The translations under genes were made by a program, and so were the position numbers. The notes below the pieces were generated by a model. The model searched no databases. It saw nothing but the letters and a program-made list of their open reading frames with translations, and was not told the DNA's origin. Below, one piece after another: positions 35,117 to 45,775 of a DNA stretch of 64,000 nucleotides. Source of the DNA: a virus. How positions within the stretch are numbered: the stretch's first letter is position 1; the number at the start of each line of letters is the position of its first letter. The DNA is taken from positions 49,839-113,838 of the IMG/VR virus record IMGVR_UViG_3300036828_000667; one strand, 5' to 3'.

Positions 35117-36559
35117 TTACAACGCGTTCTCATCAAGCATAATCGGTGCCTCAGTAAGCTCGATATCACCCTCGACAACATCATCAGGGTCAAGCTCATG
35201 AGGATTATCTTCTGTATCCAAAGCTGCCTCTTCTACATCCTCTGGTTTCTCCTTTCCAGCCTCCTTCGGTTGGTCATCTGGGATGATAGGTCTAGAAACG
35301 TTTCTCTCATAAATTTTGTCTCGCTCCTCCAAGTCCTTCTTAGAAAGACTACCAAGCGTCAAACCAAGTTTCTCATACACTATATTCAGTGTGTAGTAGT
35401 TCTTTCTGAAATGTCTAGCTATGGCATCGAGAAACAATTCACGTAGCTTAGGATTTTTTGAAATGTAGTTATCCCCAGTAACCGCTTCCTTCTCCCACCT
35501 ATAAGACTTATCCTTATTATTAAGAAGTCGCCACCAACCACCGCTGGAGTATAAGATACCTAGGTCAGCGGCAACCATCGCAGCTTCATCATCAGGGACG
35601 ATCTTGCCTCCCATCTGATCGTTGATGTAGATTGGAATATTGTCCAGAGTCGGCCCGAATTTTGACTTCCTGACACTGACCTTACTAGAAGATCCAATAT
35701 ACATCTTCAAGCTTTCATCATAAACCTTCTTGTTCTTACTAAACCAGAAATAGTAGTGGTTCGCATGTTTAAGCGCGTTCCCACCTGAAGAGACTTCAGT
35801 CACGTTATAGGACCCTAGACCAGTAGTCCTTATTTGATTCAATAGGAATATGGTAACAGGCTTATTGAATAAGGAACTCATTACTATTGCAAGATTTATT
35901 TCGTTAATTCTAGCTCGTAGTCCCAGGCCTCCTGCGTCGCGTGGGTCATTTCCCTTCATCGCCTCTTCAACTTCTTTGGCAGGTTTAGAAGTCGCTATAG
36001 TGTCCCATATGACAAGAACTGGCGTAGGTCTACTAGGCTTTAGCAACCCCCTAAAAGCAAGAAGCGTAGCTAGGCTTTTCTGTGCTAGTAAGACTACCTC
36101 CTTAGAACTTACGGTATCATCAAGCAAGCTCAGATCAGGCTCTAGCTCAACTGTCTTCATCAACTTGATAGCGTCTTTCAGATTCCAGTCTTTTACAAAG
36201 TCCTCCACTGTAATCTTAGCTAGAGCTTGCCTATCTTGATCACCCAGGATACGATATATCTCACCGTAGCCACTTTCAAGTGTTCGAGCATTCTTGATAA
36301 TGGTACGAGTCATGTCAAGTTTGAAGGTGTACTCTAGTCGGATCAAGTCTACTGATAGTTCCGGGTCCAAGATAACGACAACACCATCTTTGTTATCTTC
36401 CAAAAAGTTTGCAGCAGTATCGTAGGCATATGCTGACTTTCCACTACCGGGTGGACCTGCTAATTCTGTTATAGTAGATTGATCAATCCCACCGGCTCCT
36501 ATGATGTTAATAGTATCTACCGGAGTTCTTATAGTATTGTGTGACCAAATATGCTTCAT
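35117..36559 (-). CDS. recA: RecA/UvsX-like recombinase
   Basis: GPPGSGKS, LDPE, WDT, NQIR, GGNALKH, KSKF. Confidence 0.9.
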   Translation of the reverse strand: MKHIWSHNTIRTPVDTINIIGAGGIDQSTITELAGPPGSGKSAYAYDTAANFLEDNKDGVVVILDPELSVDLIRLEYTFKLDMTRTIIKNARTLESGYGEIYRILGDQDRQALAKITVEDFVKDWNLKDAIKLMKTVELEPDLSLLDDTVSSKEVVLLAQKSLATLLAFRGLLKPSRPTPVLVIWDTIATSKPAKEVEEAMKGNDPRDAGGLGLRARINEINLAIVMSSLFNKPVTIFLLNQIRTTGLGSYNVTEVSSGGNALKHANHYYFWFSKNKKVYDESLKMYIGSSSKVSVRKSKFGPTLDNIPIYINDQMGGKIVPDDEAAMVAADLGILYSSGGWWRLLNNKDKSYRWEKEAVTGDNYISKNPKLRELFLDAIARHFRKNYYTLNIVYEKLGLTLGSLSKKDLEERDKIYERNVSRPIIPDDQPKEAGKEKPEDVEEAALDTEDNPHELDPDDVVEGDIELTEAPIMLDENAL

Positions 36560-37110
36560 TTATCACCTCTCCATATATGACCACGACGGATAGCAGAAAT
36601 TGTTGAAAAGTGAACTCCAAATTCTTCAGCCAATTTATTGTTGATCCCACGAGGCCCTTGACGTGATCTTATCTCACCCACCTGAGCCTGTGTAAGTTTT
36701 GACCAAGAATGTTGTTCTCCTCTAATAGCTGTCCCATGACTAATTTTATCTTCATATTGCTCCCCATAAGTTCCCCATTCAAGATTCTCTGGCCAACGAT
36801 TATCAGACTTATTACCGTTAAGATGACGACACTCGTCTTTTCCTAAAGGACATGGACCAACAAACGCATTTAATACCAGTTGATGAATATAAAATTTGCG
36901 TGTACGCCCATTTTCTTCCATAAAGACACAAAGATACCCAGTAGACGGATCAGGCTTTGGATTTTTTATTCCTTTCCTAAATCCACGGCCGATCTGTCCA
37001 GGTAACACTCTAATCCTTCCCATGTTTGATACTTGATGGAAAGGCCACTCAGGTTGATGATAAGGTATAAGTTCAATATCTTTCCAAACCTCACCTTCCA
37101 AGTCTTCCAT
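36556..37110 (-). CDS. NUMOD4-HNH homing endonuclease
   Basis: EVWKD, VSNMGR, HQLVL.AFVG, CRHLNGNKSDN. Confidence 0.9.
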   Translation of the reverse strand: MEDLEGEVWKDIELIPYHQPEWPFHQVSNMGRIRVLPGQIGRGFRKGIKNPKPDPSTGYLCVFMEENGRTRKFYIHQLVLNAFVGPCPLGKDECRHLNGNKSDNRWPENLEWGTYGEQYEDKISHGTAIRGEQHSWSKLTQAQVGEIRSRQGPRGINNKLAEEFGVHFSTISAIRRGHIWRGDK

Positions 37111-37146
37111 AATAGTGACCTCCCATACTTTTATCTTATGGTCTTA

Positions 37147-38241
37147 TCAAGCAGCCTTCTTCGCTTTTTCTGTGGCTATAGTGCACAATTCTTCATAGTC
37201 ACATGCAAGACAGAAAGGATTTGCTTTAGTAGGTTTATTTGCGAACCTTACGTTGGGGTACACTTCAGACATTTTGGCGTTAATCTTACACTGATTGGCT
37301 AGTCTGCATTCGATTTCATCTGGATTAGCGGCTGTTGTCATCACAGCGGTTGACGATGATGCCTGAACCGATGCAGACTGCTGAGGCACAGCTGTAACAG
37401 AGGCTGAAGAGGCATTGGATGTTGTAGGAGCCTCAGCTGCTTTATCGCTGAACTTATGCGCTTCTGAAGACTTATCTTTAGCTTTTCCTCCAGAAGCACG
37501 AAAATTCGTGATCTCTTCATAGACAGCATTCTTCAGCTTGAAAAAATCTTCGTCAGAAATTTTGTCATCTTCATTGATATAGATACTATCCAGTCCGGTG
37601 TATGGAATCACCTCACCATCTTCGTTTTTAAACTCTAAGTCTGGTAAATCTAATGCCGTCATTCCTGCTATGCCACAACTCACGTTAGCCTTGCCACTTC
37701 CTCTAGCAATGGAAATTTTGATCCCAGGAGCCGCATTGTTAGGATCAAGCATTTTTCGCTTATCGTCCAGGTGCAATCCCGCGATAAAATCCTGGATAGC
37801 AAACATCTGACGACGGTCAAGAATTGCACCGTAATAATGCTTAGCCTTCGTAAATTCCTCGTCAGAAGATTCATAGAAATACGCCATCATATACCCATGT
37901 TCACGAGACTTGTATTGCCAAACTGGCTTTCCCCAAATCTTCTCCAACCCAGCGTCTGCAGCTTCAGTAAGTAAGTTGTCTACTCTATCATCTTTCCAAA
38001 ACCGGAGCTTCTTACCTTCCACAGGAATTCGGCTATGTATCCAAGCACGTCTGATCAAACGTACAAAACCCTTGGAATCACGATCTGGGAGAATGCGAAA
38101 AACGTAGGTGCCGTCTCCTAGAAAACAGACAGGAACTCCAGCTTGAAACCCGCCACGTTCTTTATATTCTTTACGGTACGCTTCTGCATCTTCATTTATT
38201 TTATTGATATCTTCATTTCCTAAGTTGAAGTTAAACTTCAT
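37147..38241 (-). CDS. Probable single-stranded DNA-binding protein (gp32-like)
   Basis: G...FRILP motif; position beside recA and primase. Confidence 0.6.
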   Translation of the reverse strand: MKFNFNLGNEDINKINEDAEAYRKEYKERGGFQAGVPVCFLGDGTYVFRILPDRDSKGFVRLIRRAWIHSRIPVEGKKLRFWKDDRVDNLLTEAADAGLEKIWGKPVWQYKSREHGYMMAYFYESSDEEFTKAKHYYGAILDRRQMFAIQDFIAGLHLDDKRKMLDPNNAAPGIKISIARGSGKANVSCGIAGMTALDLPDLEFKNEDGEVIPYTGLDSIYINEDDKISDEDFFKLKNAVYEEITNFRASGGKAKDKSSEAHKFSDKAAEAPTTSNASSASVTAVPQQSASVQASSSTAVMTTAANPDEIECRLANQCKINAKMSEVYPNVRFANKPTKANPFCLACDYEELCTIATEKAKKAA

Positions 38242-38272
38242 GATTGTTCTCTCCTCTTTCAGACTGTTAAGG

Positions 38273-38680
38273 TCAAAAGGGTTGGTTTCCTTGTGCTGTA
38301 GTTGGTGCTCTAGTTACGACCTTCACTCCAGAGTTAGCCTGCATCTCTCCATAGAGGTGTACCGACTCAACAATAAGCTCCAGGATAGTGTCTGGGAGAA
38401 ATGACTCATTACTCTTATCTCCTGATGTCGCCTTAGCCCTAAGAGTTAGGTACCTCACCAGCTTGGCAATACATTCTCCGGCAATATGACTCTCACCACC
38501 AGGGACATCGGCCTTATCATACCCTGTAACTGCGAATACAAGATCAATGATCTCAGATGTAGAATCACGTGGCTTAGATTGAGCAAGCTCTAAAGTTTGT
38601 TTAATAACATCAACTTCAATAGCAGTCTTTGCCGTACTCATAGATTGAATAAACCCTTTCACGGACTTATCTTCAGGCAT
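38273..38680 (-). CDS. Hypothetical protein
   Basis: Packed ORF. Confidence 0.65.
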   Translation of the reverse strand: MPEDKSVKGFIQSMSTAKTAIEVDVIKQTLELAQSKPRDSTSEIIDLVFAVTGYDKADVPGGESHIAGECIAKLVRYLTLRAKATSGDKSNESFLPDTILELIVESVHLYGEMQANSGVKVVTRAPTTAQGNQPF

Positions 38681-38686
38681 GGACTT

Positions 38687-39634
38687 TCACTTTCGCCTAA
38701 CGCCATAAGCGTTACGCCTTAGAATGTTAGTCATCAGAGGTTGAAACTGGTAAATCTCTTTCTCGAATATCTCTTTAAATCTCTTCCTAGAAACTGAGTT
38801 TGGATCTTGTTTCCAAGGAAGCCTTAGTAGAAATACGTCTTGACGATCAAGAGACTTGTAAACCGATCTAGCTATCTTGATACCATTTTCAAATGCGCCA
38901 CCGTCAGGGGCTATGTATATCTTATCAATATGTTTAAATGAAACCATCTCTTTTAACTGGGAGAGTTGAAATGGGCTTATTGTCTTGCCTAAGAGAACTA
39001 AGGGGCAAATACTTCCATCCAAGTGTTGGTAAGCTGACAATCCAGAAATTGTACCTTCAACGAGTATAACCTGATCAGTGTTAACATAATTAAGCCATAA
39101 AAGAGGTTTTACTTGGTCATGAATATTGGTATGACGTATAGTACTATTAACGTTTCTGATAGATAGAAAGTCAGTAACTCTTGATAATCCGTCTGTCCAA
39201 ATCTTGTTACAAAATATAACTCCTAACCTAGGAGTTCTCGTAGCCAGTATATTGAACCTATCAAGGACCTCAGGGAATATCCTTCGGTCATTGACCATAT
39301 AGTCTAGGCATTCTTGGTTATCTCTAATAGGAGAAGTCCAGTCGCCTAGCGAGAGTCTTTGGTAGGGGTAACGCTGTTCGTCCGGTACGGTTTCAAGCTG
39401 TTGGCGTATTAGTTCTGGCGTACGCAGAGCATCAGATATAATCACAGTTTCGCATCGAAAACAATGCCCAATTTGCTTCACTGTGTTGTAATAAAAATGC
39501 CCGGTGGTATCAGCAGTTTTAGTGAGTTCTACACAGTACGGGCAAATCCACACTTCTTCATAACCAGACTTTCTGACAAGGGTCCTTAAATCAAGGAATT
39601 CTCCAAAATGTAAAATCCCACTCTTTTTAAGCAA
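38687..39634 (-). CDS. DNA primase (Zn ribbon plus TOPRIM)
   Basis: CPYC...HCFRC, LVEG, LG, PDG, DPN. Confidence 0.85.
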   Translation of the reverse strand: MLKKSGILHFGEFLDLRTLVRKSGYEEVWICPYCVELTKTADTTGHFYYNTVKQIGHCFRCETVIISDALRTPELIRQQLETVPDEQRYPYQRLSLGDWTSPIRDNQECLDYMVNDRRIFPEVLDRFNILATRTPRLGVIFCNKIWTDGLSRVTDFLSIRNVNSTIRHTNIHDQVKPLLWLNYVNTDQVILVEGTISGLSAYQHLDGSICPLVLLGKTISPFQLSQLKEMVSFKHIDKIYIAPDGGAFENGIKIARSVYKSLDRQDVFLLRLPWKQDPNSVSRKRFKEIFEKEIYQFQPLMTNILRRNAYGVRRK

Positions 39635-39940
39635 TCATTCTTCCTCCTTACCATTACGACTATGTCTTATGAGATTTAGAAAAGAGGTAGTCGGTCTGAA
39701 TATAACAGTTGGCTGGACAGTCTCTTCCATACATCTTTGATTTATATCATAATATCGTTTCTTCTGCATGATACCCCGCATCTGACCAAACCCACGAATA
39801 TACACAGTTTCATCGCAAATCTTATCCTGGAGAATTCCAAGAAAAGAATTGACTACAGTTTTCACGCTGTCCTTAGTGAACCCAGTCTCCAGCACGATAG
39901 CATTTATGATATCATGCTTGGCATCCTTTTTCGCGCCCAT
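39635..39940 (-). CDS. HU/IHF-like DNA-binding protein
   Basis: V.IRGFG and V.FRP motifs. Confidence 0.8.
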   Translation of the reverse strand: MGAKKDAKHDIINAIVLETGFTKDSVKTVVNSFLGILQDKICDETVYIRGFGQMRGIMQKKRYYDINQRCMEETVQPTVIFRPTTSFLNLIRHSRNGKEEE

Positions 39941-39960
39941 TGTACGCTATGCCACCTCTC

Positions 39961-40335
39961 TCACGTCCTATTCTTACTATCAGAAAATGATGCAGCTGTC
40001 ACCAATCCTGCTCTTGCAGCCAGATAGTTCTTAACGAACGTCTCGTCCGGAGAACACATGAAGGCTATAGCTGACAAGGGCACTTGGATTTCTTTATGAA
40101 CTATAGGATTAGCATCATGAAAGACTATAAAGTTAAACCTTTTTACATCCTTTTGATCACGACTCACAAGGATAGGGTCCTTCACAATAGCAATAGCATC
40201 TATTATTTGAACAATCTCTCCAATAAACTCAATATTTCTTCCATTTATTGAAATAAACTTTACACCTGTTATGGGATGTACTGGTGGTACTATATCAGCT
40301 GGTCCACTAGTCAAAAAGTCTTTGGTATTATTCAT
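39961..40335 (-). CDS. Sm-like small protein
   Basis: Beta-rich pattern, E.IG...VK.P. Confidence 0.5.
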   Translation of the reverse strand: MNNTKDFLTSGPADIVPPVHPITGVKFISINGRNIEFIGEIVQIIDAIAIVKDPILVSRDQKDVKRFNFIVFHDANPIVHKEIQVPLSAIAFMCSPDETFVKNYLAARAGLVTAASFSDSKNRT

Positions 40336-41003
40336 TTGAGAACTCCACGGTATGAATCAAGATGCTTCCATTTTTTGCCACTCTTAATATGACTAATCAA
40401 AGATCGTGCAACACCATAATCACGCGCGATCTCATGCTGAGTGCGCTGGTCATTGATAATCGCAATAGCTTGAACCTCAGTTAGCTTTGCATTACCATGG
40501 GTTTCACCCTTACTACGATCTTCAATCTTGTTCTGGCGATCAAGATACTCCCAGCTTTTACCGCTCTTAATCAAGCTGATAGTTACCGGATTAACATTGT
40601 AGTCAAACGCAATCTCTCTATAAACACGATTGTCGTTAATGATCGCAATAACCTGAGCTTCAGTCAACTTCGCTTTACCGTGGTTCTCACCCTTACTCTG
40701 ACGACCTTTAGTGTTTCTATCATCCATGTTAATTTGATGATCACCTTCGAACAAATGATCTGGGTTGACACAATGCGGGACATCACAGCTATGCAAAATC
40801 TGTTGATCATCAGTAAGTGGACCTCGAAAAAGTTTCCAGGACAGTCGATGAGCACTATGTTTCCCACCTAAGATCGCCCAATTAACCCACCCATAACCAC
40901 CCACCAGTGTCCCAGTCCATAGCCAACATCCACGATTTGGTTCTAATACATAGTGAGCTTCAAAGCACTCTAATAAATTTTCGTCTGTTATTTCTCTACT
41001 CAT
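40332..41003 (-). CDS. HNH endonuclease with two C-terminal DNA-binding repeats
   Basis: CWLW.G, AHR.SW, HSCD...CVNPDHL; duplicated KGE.HG.AKLTE.Q.IAIIND. Confidence 0.9.
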   Translation of the reverse strand: MSREITDENLLECFEAHYVLEPNRGCWLWTGTLVGGYGWVNWAILGGKHSAHRLSWKLFRGPLTDDQQILHSCDVPHCVNPDHLFEGDHQINMDDRNTKGRQSKGENHGKAKLTEAQVIAIINDNRVYREIAFDYNVNPVTISLIKSGKSWEYLDRQNKIEDRSKGETHGNAKLTEVQAIAIINDQRTQHEIARDYGVARSLISHIKSGKKWKHLDSYRGVLK

Positions 41004-41007
41004 TTTG

Positions 41008-41241
41008 CTACTCCTCCGGAATAATTGATACCTTCACCTTATGACCCTCAATTAAATCTGGCTTATCTCTGCCTAAATATATGGACTCTCTGCTGCCCTG
41101 AAGAGTAATGTACCAACCTATTGAAACTTTATCACATTCGTGAGTTTTTTGACCATCACGAACTTCTAATCTCCAGTTTATATTTTCAAAATGTTCATTT
41201 ACACTAGTAATCTTCGTCTTGAAAGAGTACATTGTAGTCAT
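41008..41241 (-). CDS. Hypothetical protein
   Basis: Packed ORF. Confidence 0.6.
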   Translation of the reverse strand: MTTMYSFKTKITSVNEHFENINWRLEVRDGQKTHECDKVSIGWYITLQGSRESIYLGRDKPDLIEGHKVKVSIIPEE

Positions 41242-41656
41242 CTAGATCACCGCCATCTTGTTCCAAGGTCGGAACTTCAGCAACTGTTCTGGATCAAGCT
41301 TCGTCCAGTCGCCATCAAAGAGAATAGCCCTATCATCAATCGTAAGAAATGCTGCTGGTTTTTCGTGAGCAAATGCAATAGGCGAAGCGTCTTCGTTTGC
41401 TAAAACGTGGTCACGGCCGAACTCCTCCGTCGCATGACGAGTGAACCACTCCCGCATCGCCCGGAGGCCTGAAGGCTCTTTGCTCCGGCTGCTGTAGATC
41501 ACCACCTGGAACGTCTTAGTCGCCTCGTAGAGCCACTGTAAGGCCCCTGGCACCGGTCCGTCAACGATCGTCCAGGCGTTCACCCACGGGCTGGTGTATA
41601 GGTGGATAACACCGTCAAAAATCCACGCAAAGGATCGGTTTCGATCTTATAGTCAT
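41242..41656 (-). pseudogene. Frameshifted HAD-superfamily (5'-nucleotidase-like) gene
   Basis: MTIRSKPILCVDF then an extra T breaks the DFDGVIH motif; downstream frame has YSSR and KP....IDDR. Confidence 0.75.
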
Positions 41657-41669
41657 TGCGTACCTCCTT

Positions 41670-41855
41670 TCATTTGTTGTTTTGGTTAAACCACTCCAGG
41701 TCACGCCTTAGAGTGGCTTGAGAGTGTTTACTGCCATTAAACTTGACAAAAACATAGTCCTTGTTAACAGAGGTAATAACACCTTTTTCAGCCATACCAT
41801 CAAAAGACTTGTAAATCACTATACGACCAACATCGGATGATTTAGCCTTGATCAT
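41670..41855 (-). CDS. Small SH3-like protein
   Basis: E.G.ITS.N..YVFVKF. Confidence 0.65.
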   Translation of the reverse strand: MIKAKSSDVGRIVIYKSFDGMAEKGVITSVNKDYVFVKFNGSKHSQATLRRDLEWFNQNNK

Positions 41856-44631
41856 ACCAGTCCCCTACCCAGTTCTTGGTATACACCGAACTATCCGATC
41901 CTTCTAAAGTTACATTTATCTCATGATTAAATTTACTGATCAACGACTCATCATGCGTGACCACAATCTTTTTTGGAACGTTAGCTTTGTTAATTAGCTC
42001 GAAGCAATACTCAGAGTAGCTAGGATCAAGGAACGATAGTACTTCATCAAAAATCACTACACCAAGAACACCATGATCCATACCATACATTTGTGTGAAT
42101 AGATTATTTAAACTTACCATCATAATAATATCGACAACTCTAGCTTGACCTGTCGAAAGCTGATCATAATCTGCCTTCTCCCGCCCCATGAACATAGCTG
42201 ACACACTCAGGTCATCCTCGATTATAACTCTAAAACTTTCCCCGTCAGTTAGCAGGTCAACTTGATTTTGTAATAATCTCTGTCCCTGTTTTGCTAGCTC
42301 CGAAATCAGAAGTCCGTTACGTTTGAGCAGAGTCTTCTGAGTCCAGTTCATAGCTTCTTGTAAATTGCTTTTAGTCTCCAGACTCAATTCAGTAGTTTGA
42401 ATTTCTGTATTAAACTCAGAGATACTACTGGCTTCCGCTTGGATCAAAGCTTCATAGTTAGTACGCGCTTCCTTAACTTCAGCTAGACCAGAATTGATCA
42501 ACGCCAAGCGATCCTCTAAAATAAGAATCCTTTCTAACTTGGTTTTTAGACTAGCTATATCTTCATTGTTGGACAAGTACTCTATATCTTTTTCGGTAAG
42601 CCTGATCGTCAATGTCCTTTCCAATCCAGTATTAGGTAACTGTGCTTTAAGAGATTCAATCTCTACAGTTAATTTATCTACTACATCTTCATTAAGCAGT
42701 TGCTGGTGACAAGTAGGACACTTGCCATCAAGAGACATTCGTAAACTAGCTTTCTTCGTTTCTATCTCTCTTGATATACGACTGACCATATTACGTACAT
42801 CTTTGATACCAGCTTCTAGAGCAAACTTCTCACTTGCAAGAACATTAGACCTGTAATTGCATCTATCAAGGCTTTCTCTAATACCCTTACTAGGTACAGT
42901 CAATTTTAGTTGAGCTTCAATTTCATTCCTCTCACGTTCCAGACTCGTAGTGTCAACAGTGCTCTGGGCATCTCGTTTGGTGAGGTATTCACTTAATTTG
43001 TTCTTGCTAATGTCTCTGATATCTTTTAGAGTCTTGATCTTCGATTCAATTTGAACGATAGTAGAACTATTGTCTTTTATCAAGTCTCCTAGCTTATCTC
43101 TAGCAGTGTCAACAGCACTCATACCAACAATAGTAGAGAGAAGAGTGTAACGATCAGACTTCGTGATAGATCCAAACAAGCTTGGACTCTTAGCTGGGAA
43201 ATAGGAGAGTAGTTTAATCTCCCATTCCGAGATACCAAGGAGTTCGTATATAGTCTCTTGAGTAATAGAAGTCTTACTACCTGTATAAGGTAGCCATTTG
43301 TCGATGAATGTAAAGATTTGCAGCTGAGGACCGGAGTCCGTCCTGCCCCGGCCGATCCGATACATGACCCCCTCAACCTCTATCACGACAGCGACGAAGG
43401 TACCCGTGTCGCCATACCAATTTCTCACTTCATTGGCGGCAACTCCCTTTGTCGTAGAACCAGTTAGGCACCAAAAAATCGCTTCAACAACAGAACTCTT
43501 GCCCGATCCGTTCTTCCCAGTCAGAACCAAGCTATCAGGGAATTCTTTCAAGTTCAAGGCGAAATCTTCTATTGACAAGAAGTTATGAGCCTCTAGGCTA
43601 TGGAGCTTAGACCTTGGGACCTTCCTGTCTGAACTGGGGAGGGATTCCATGAGCTTGTAAAAGATGTTTGAAACAAGCTCTTGATTGTCTATTTTAGACC
43701 GTTTGATAATTGATAGTCCAAGTTCAGTAATTGAACTTGTATCTTTCTTGAATTCAAGGGCCTTTCCTTTAGACTGTCCAACACTCTTGGGTGCTCTATA
43801 CCTATAGTGGACCAGCCTAGAAGATATTCGTTCTGGATCATCAGTAAACATAAATTTATGATAGTGGTTTGGATGAATGTCTTGAATTGAAGTGAACTCA
43901 CACTCTGGTGTATCAGAATATTTGAAGACCTTACATTGCCAAAAACCTGTTGCAGGACTGTCTCTGTAGTCGAACTGAATTGGAGAGCCTGGGATTAGTA
44001 TGGTCCTTCCCCACTGGCCGGTGAAAACCTGCCCGTTATGAATATCACCAATAATAGAGAGCTTGAATTTTGAGAATAAGTCCTCTTGGCTAAACCCAGA
44101 ACGAAACTGATGCCCTTCAGCATTCGTACAACCTTGGACCATCCCATGACCAATAAAGACATCACCCTGTAGATCAGATGGGATCTTGTGTTCAGAATTC
44201 CACGGGACTCCACATATCCTAAAGTCTTCACAGTTGACGATCGTAAAACTAGTAGCGTCATGCATATACACTACATTTTGCTTGAGTCCAAATCTACGTA
44301 ACACACTGTGAAAATGAGCCAAGTTCTCAGTTTTTGTGTCGATATCGTGTTGTCCATGGGTAACGAGCAAAGGTCGGTCATGAGATAGTGTTTCAATTAC
44401 AGATTCTAGTATATCTAATACCATAGGCTTCATGACAGCGTTATCTACAATGTCTCCTGCAATAACTGAAAAGTCAGCATCGATACTATTAGCAAATGCA
44501 CGAAAGTCTTTGGCTAGAGCTTCAAATTGCAGCAAACGGCTAGGTCTACCTGTGTCGTCTATCTCAGAGAACTGAGTATGGTTTGAGATATGCCAGTCCG
44601 AACTCGCAGCTATTATTATATGGTCTTTCAT
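41842..44631 (-). CDS. Fused SbcD(Mre11)-SbcC(Rad50) recombination nuclease
   Basis: SDWH, GD, GQHD, GDIH phosphoesterase motifs, then GKNGSGKS, CPTC hook, LSTGQ, IFDE, VTH; GGAGG RBS before ATG 44631 (track start 44703). Confidence 0.88.
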   Translation of the reverse strand: MKDHIIIAASSDWHISNHTQFSEIDDTGRPSRLLQFEALAKDFRAFANSIDADFSVIAGDIVDNAVMKPMVLDILESVIETLSHDRPLLVTHGQHDIDTKTENLAHFHSVLRRFGLKQNVVYMHDATSFTIVNCEDFRICGVPWNSEHKIPSDLQGDVFIGHGMVQGCTNAEGHQFRSGFSQEDLFSKFKLSIIGDIHNGQVFTGQWGRTILIPGSPIQFDYRDSPATGFWQCKVFKYSDTPECEFTSIQDIHPNHYHKFMFTDDPERISSRLVHYRYRAPKSVGQSKGKALEFKKDTSSITELGLSIIKRSKIDNQELVSNIFYKLMESLPSSDRKVPRSKLHSLEAHNFLSIEDFALNLKEFPDSLVLTGKNGSGKSSVVEAIFWCLTGSTTKGVAANEVRNWYGDTGTFVAVVIEVEGVMYRIGRGRTDSGPQLQIFTFIDKWLPYTGSKTSITQETIYELLGISEWEIKLLSYFPAKSPSLFGSITKSDRYTLLSTIVGMSAVDTARDKLGDLIKDNSSTIVQIESKIKTLKDIRDISKNKLSEYLTKRDAQSTVDTTSLERERNEIEAQLKLTVPSKGIRESLDRCNYRSNVLASEKFALEAGIKDVRNMVSRISREIETKKASLRMSLDGKCPTCHQQLLNEDVVDKLTVEIESLKAQLPNTGLERTLTIRLTEKDIEYLSNNEDIASLKTKLERILILEDRLALINSGLAEVKEARTNYEALIQAEASSISEFNTEIQTTELSLETKSNLQEAMNWTQKTLLKRNGLLISELAKQGQRLLQNQVDLLTDGESFRVIIEDDLSVSAMFMGREKADYDQLSTGQARVVDIIMMVSLNNLFTQMYGMDHGVLGVVIFDEVLSFLDPSYSEYCFELINKANVPKKIVVTHDESLISKFNHEINVTLEGSDSSVYTKNWVGDWYDQG

Positions 44632-44653
44632 CTTACCTCCAGAGGGATAAGCT

Positions 44654-44965
44654 ATGCCAAGGAAGTTCGCAATCTGGGAGCTAAGCCTAGTGGACAACAC
44701 CAAGCCGAACGAACCGCAAAACGACGATATTTGCCAATGTCGTTATTGCGGCCGTCTGCATAAGCCGCTCGGCTCTCCGCCCTGGAGAACAGAGGACGCG
44801 GAAAAGCTCGCTGGCTTTATTGCTGACCAGCTGACTTACCAAGGAAACGAGATCGACAACTTGGGAGACTGCGAAAGTGTTGTGTTTGTCAGTACCGTAC
44901 CAACGATCAATCTGAATCTACTAGCAGAGAATATAATAAAGTGGATACACCAAGAGAAACCCTAG
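44654..44965 (+). CDS. Hypothetical protein inverted relative to the operon
   Basis: Plus-strand ORF with CRYC filling the gap. Confidence 0.45.
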   Translation: MPRKFAIWELSLVDNTKPNEPQNDDICQCRYCGRLHKPLGSPPWRTEDAEKLAGFIADQLTYQGNEIDNLGDCESVVFVSTVPTINLNLLAENIIKWIHQEKP

Positions 44966-44968
44966 TGG

Positions 44969-45223
44969 TCAATCACGTTTTTTCTTAACATTAGCTATGG
45001 CTTTTTGAGCTATGAGAATGTCCTTATGTCCAGCCACCTCTATAACTTCTTTGTCGGTCAATGGCCTTAGCTTCAATTTCGAGTCATACGCCGCTAAATT
45101 TCCACACCAAGCACAAACACTAACGTCACCTTCAGATGGGAGATCATCAGGACTTTCTACACCAGTAGCCGCATCTAAAGATATTCCGCAAGAAAGACAT
45201 TTAGATTCAGGTAGCTTTCTCAC
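44969..45223 (-). CDS. Zinc-binding hypothetical protein
   Basis: CLSC...CAWC; AGGAGG RBS. Confidence 0.7.
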   Translation of the reverse strand: MRKLPESKCLSCGISLDAATGVESPDDLPSEGDVSVCAWCGNLAAYDSKLKLRPLTDKEVIEVAGHKDILIAQKAIANVKKKRD

Positions 45224-45775
45224 TACCTCCTCCTATTTATAAAGCTCGTCCCGGCCATTCTGGATATGCTCAGCACGTCCTTCTTTAGGATCAACGACAA
45301 TGTATGCCCACAATGACTTGATCTCAGGCATGGTACCATGTGGTTGATTAAAAAATCCAGTATCAGCTGTCATAGTCTTTTCCACCATCTATTTGTAACA
45401 GATTTATCCACACCATCTAAACTCCAATGCGTTGTCTCTGCCCTAAATCTAATTACATAACTATCACGTGAATATAAACGTAAACGATCCACCTTCACAA
45501 TTTTCTCATGTCTAGCCGCTGAAATTCTCACGCCAGCAATAATAACTTCCCGACCTGGGCACAGTTCACAATAAGCAACCATAACTAATTCCTTACCATC
45601 TATTATTACTTCAAGCGGAAATAGTCCTGAAGTAACTACGGCATCGTCATCGTCAAGTAATTCAACTAACAAATTGGCGGCCATGCCGCAACCCACCTCT
45701 AATTGTAAGAAGTGTATTGAGTTATGGTTCTCATTGCGTCTTCTCCTCACTCGGGATATCTTTAACTCTAACCCA

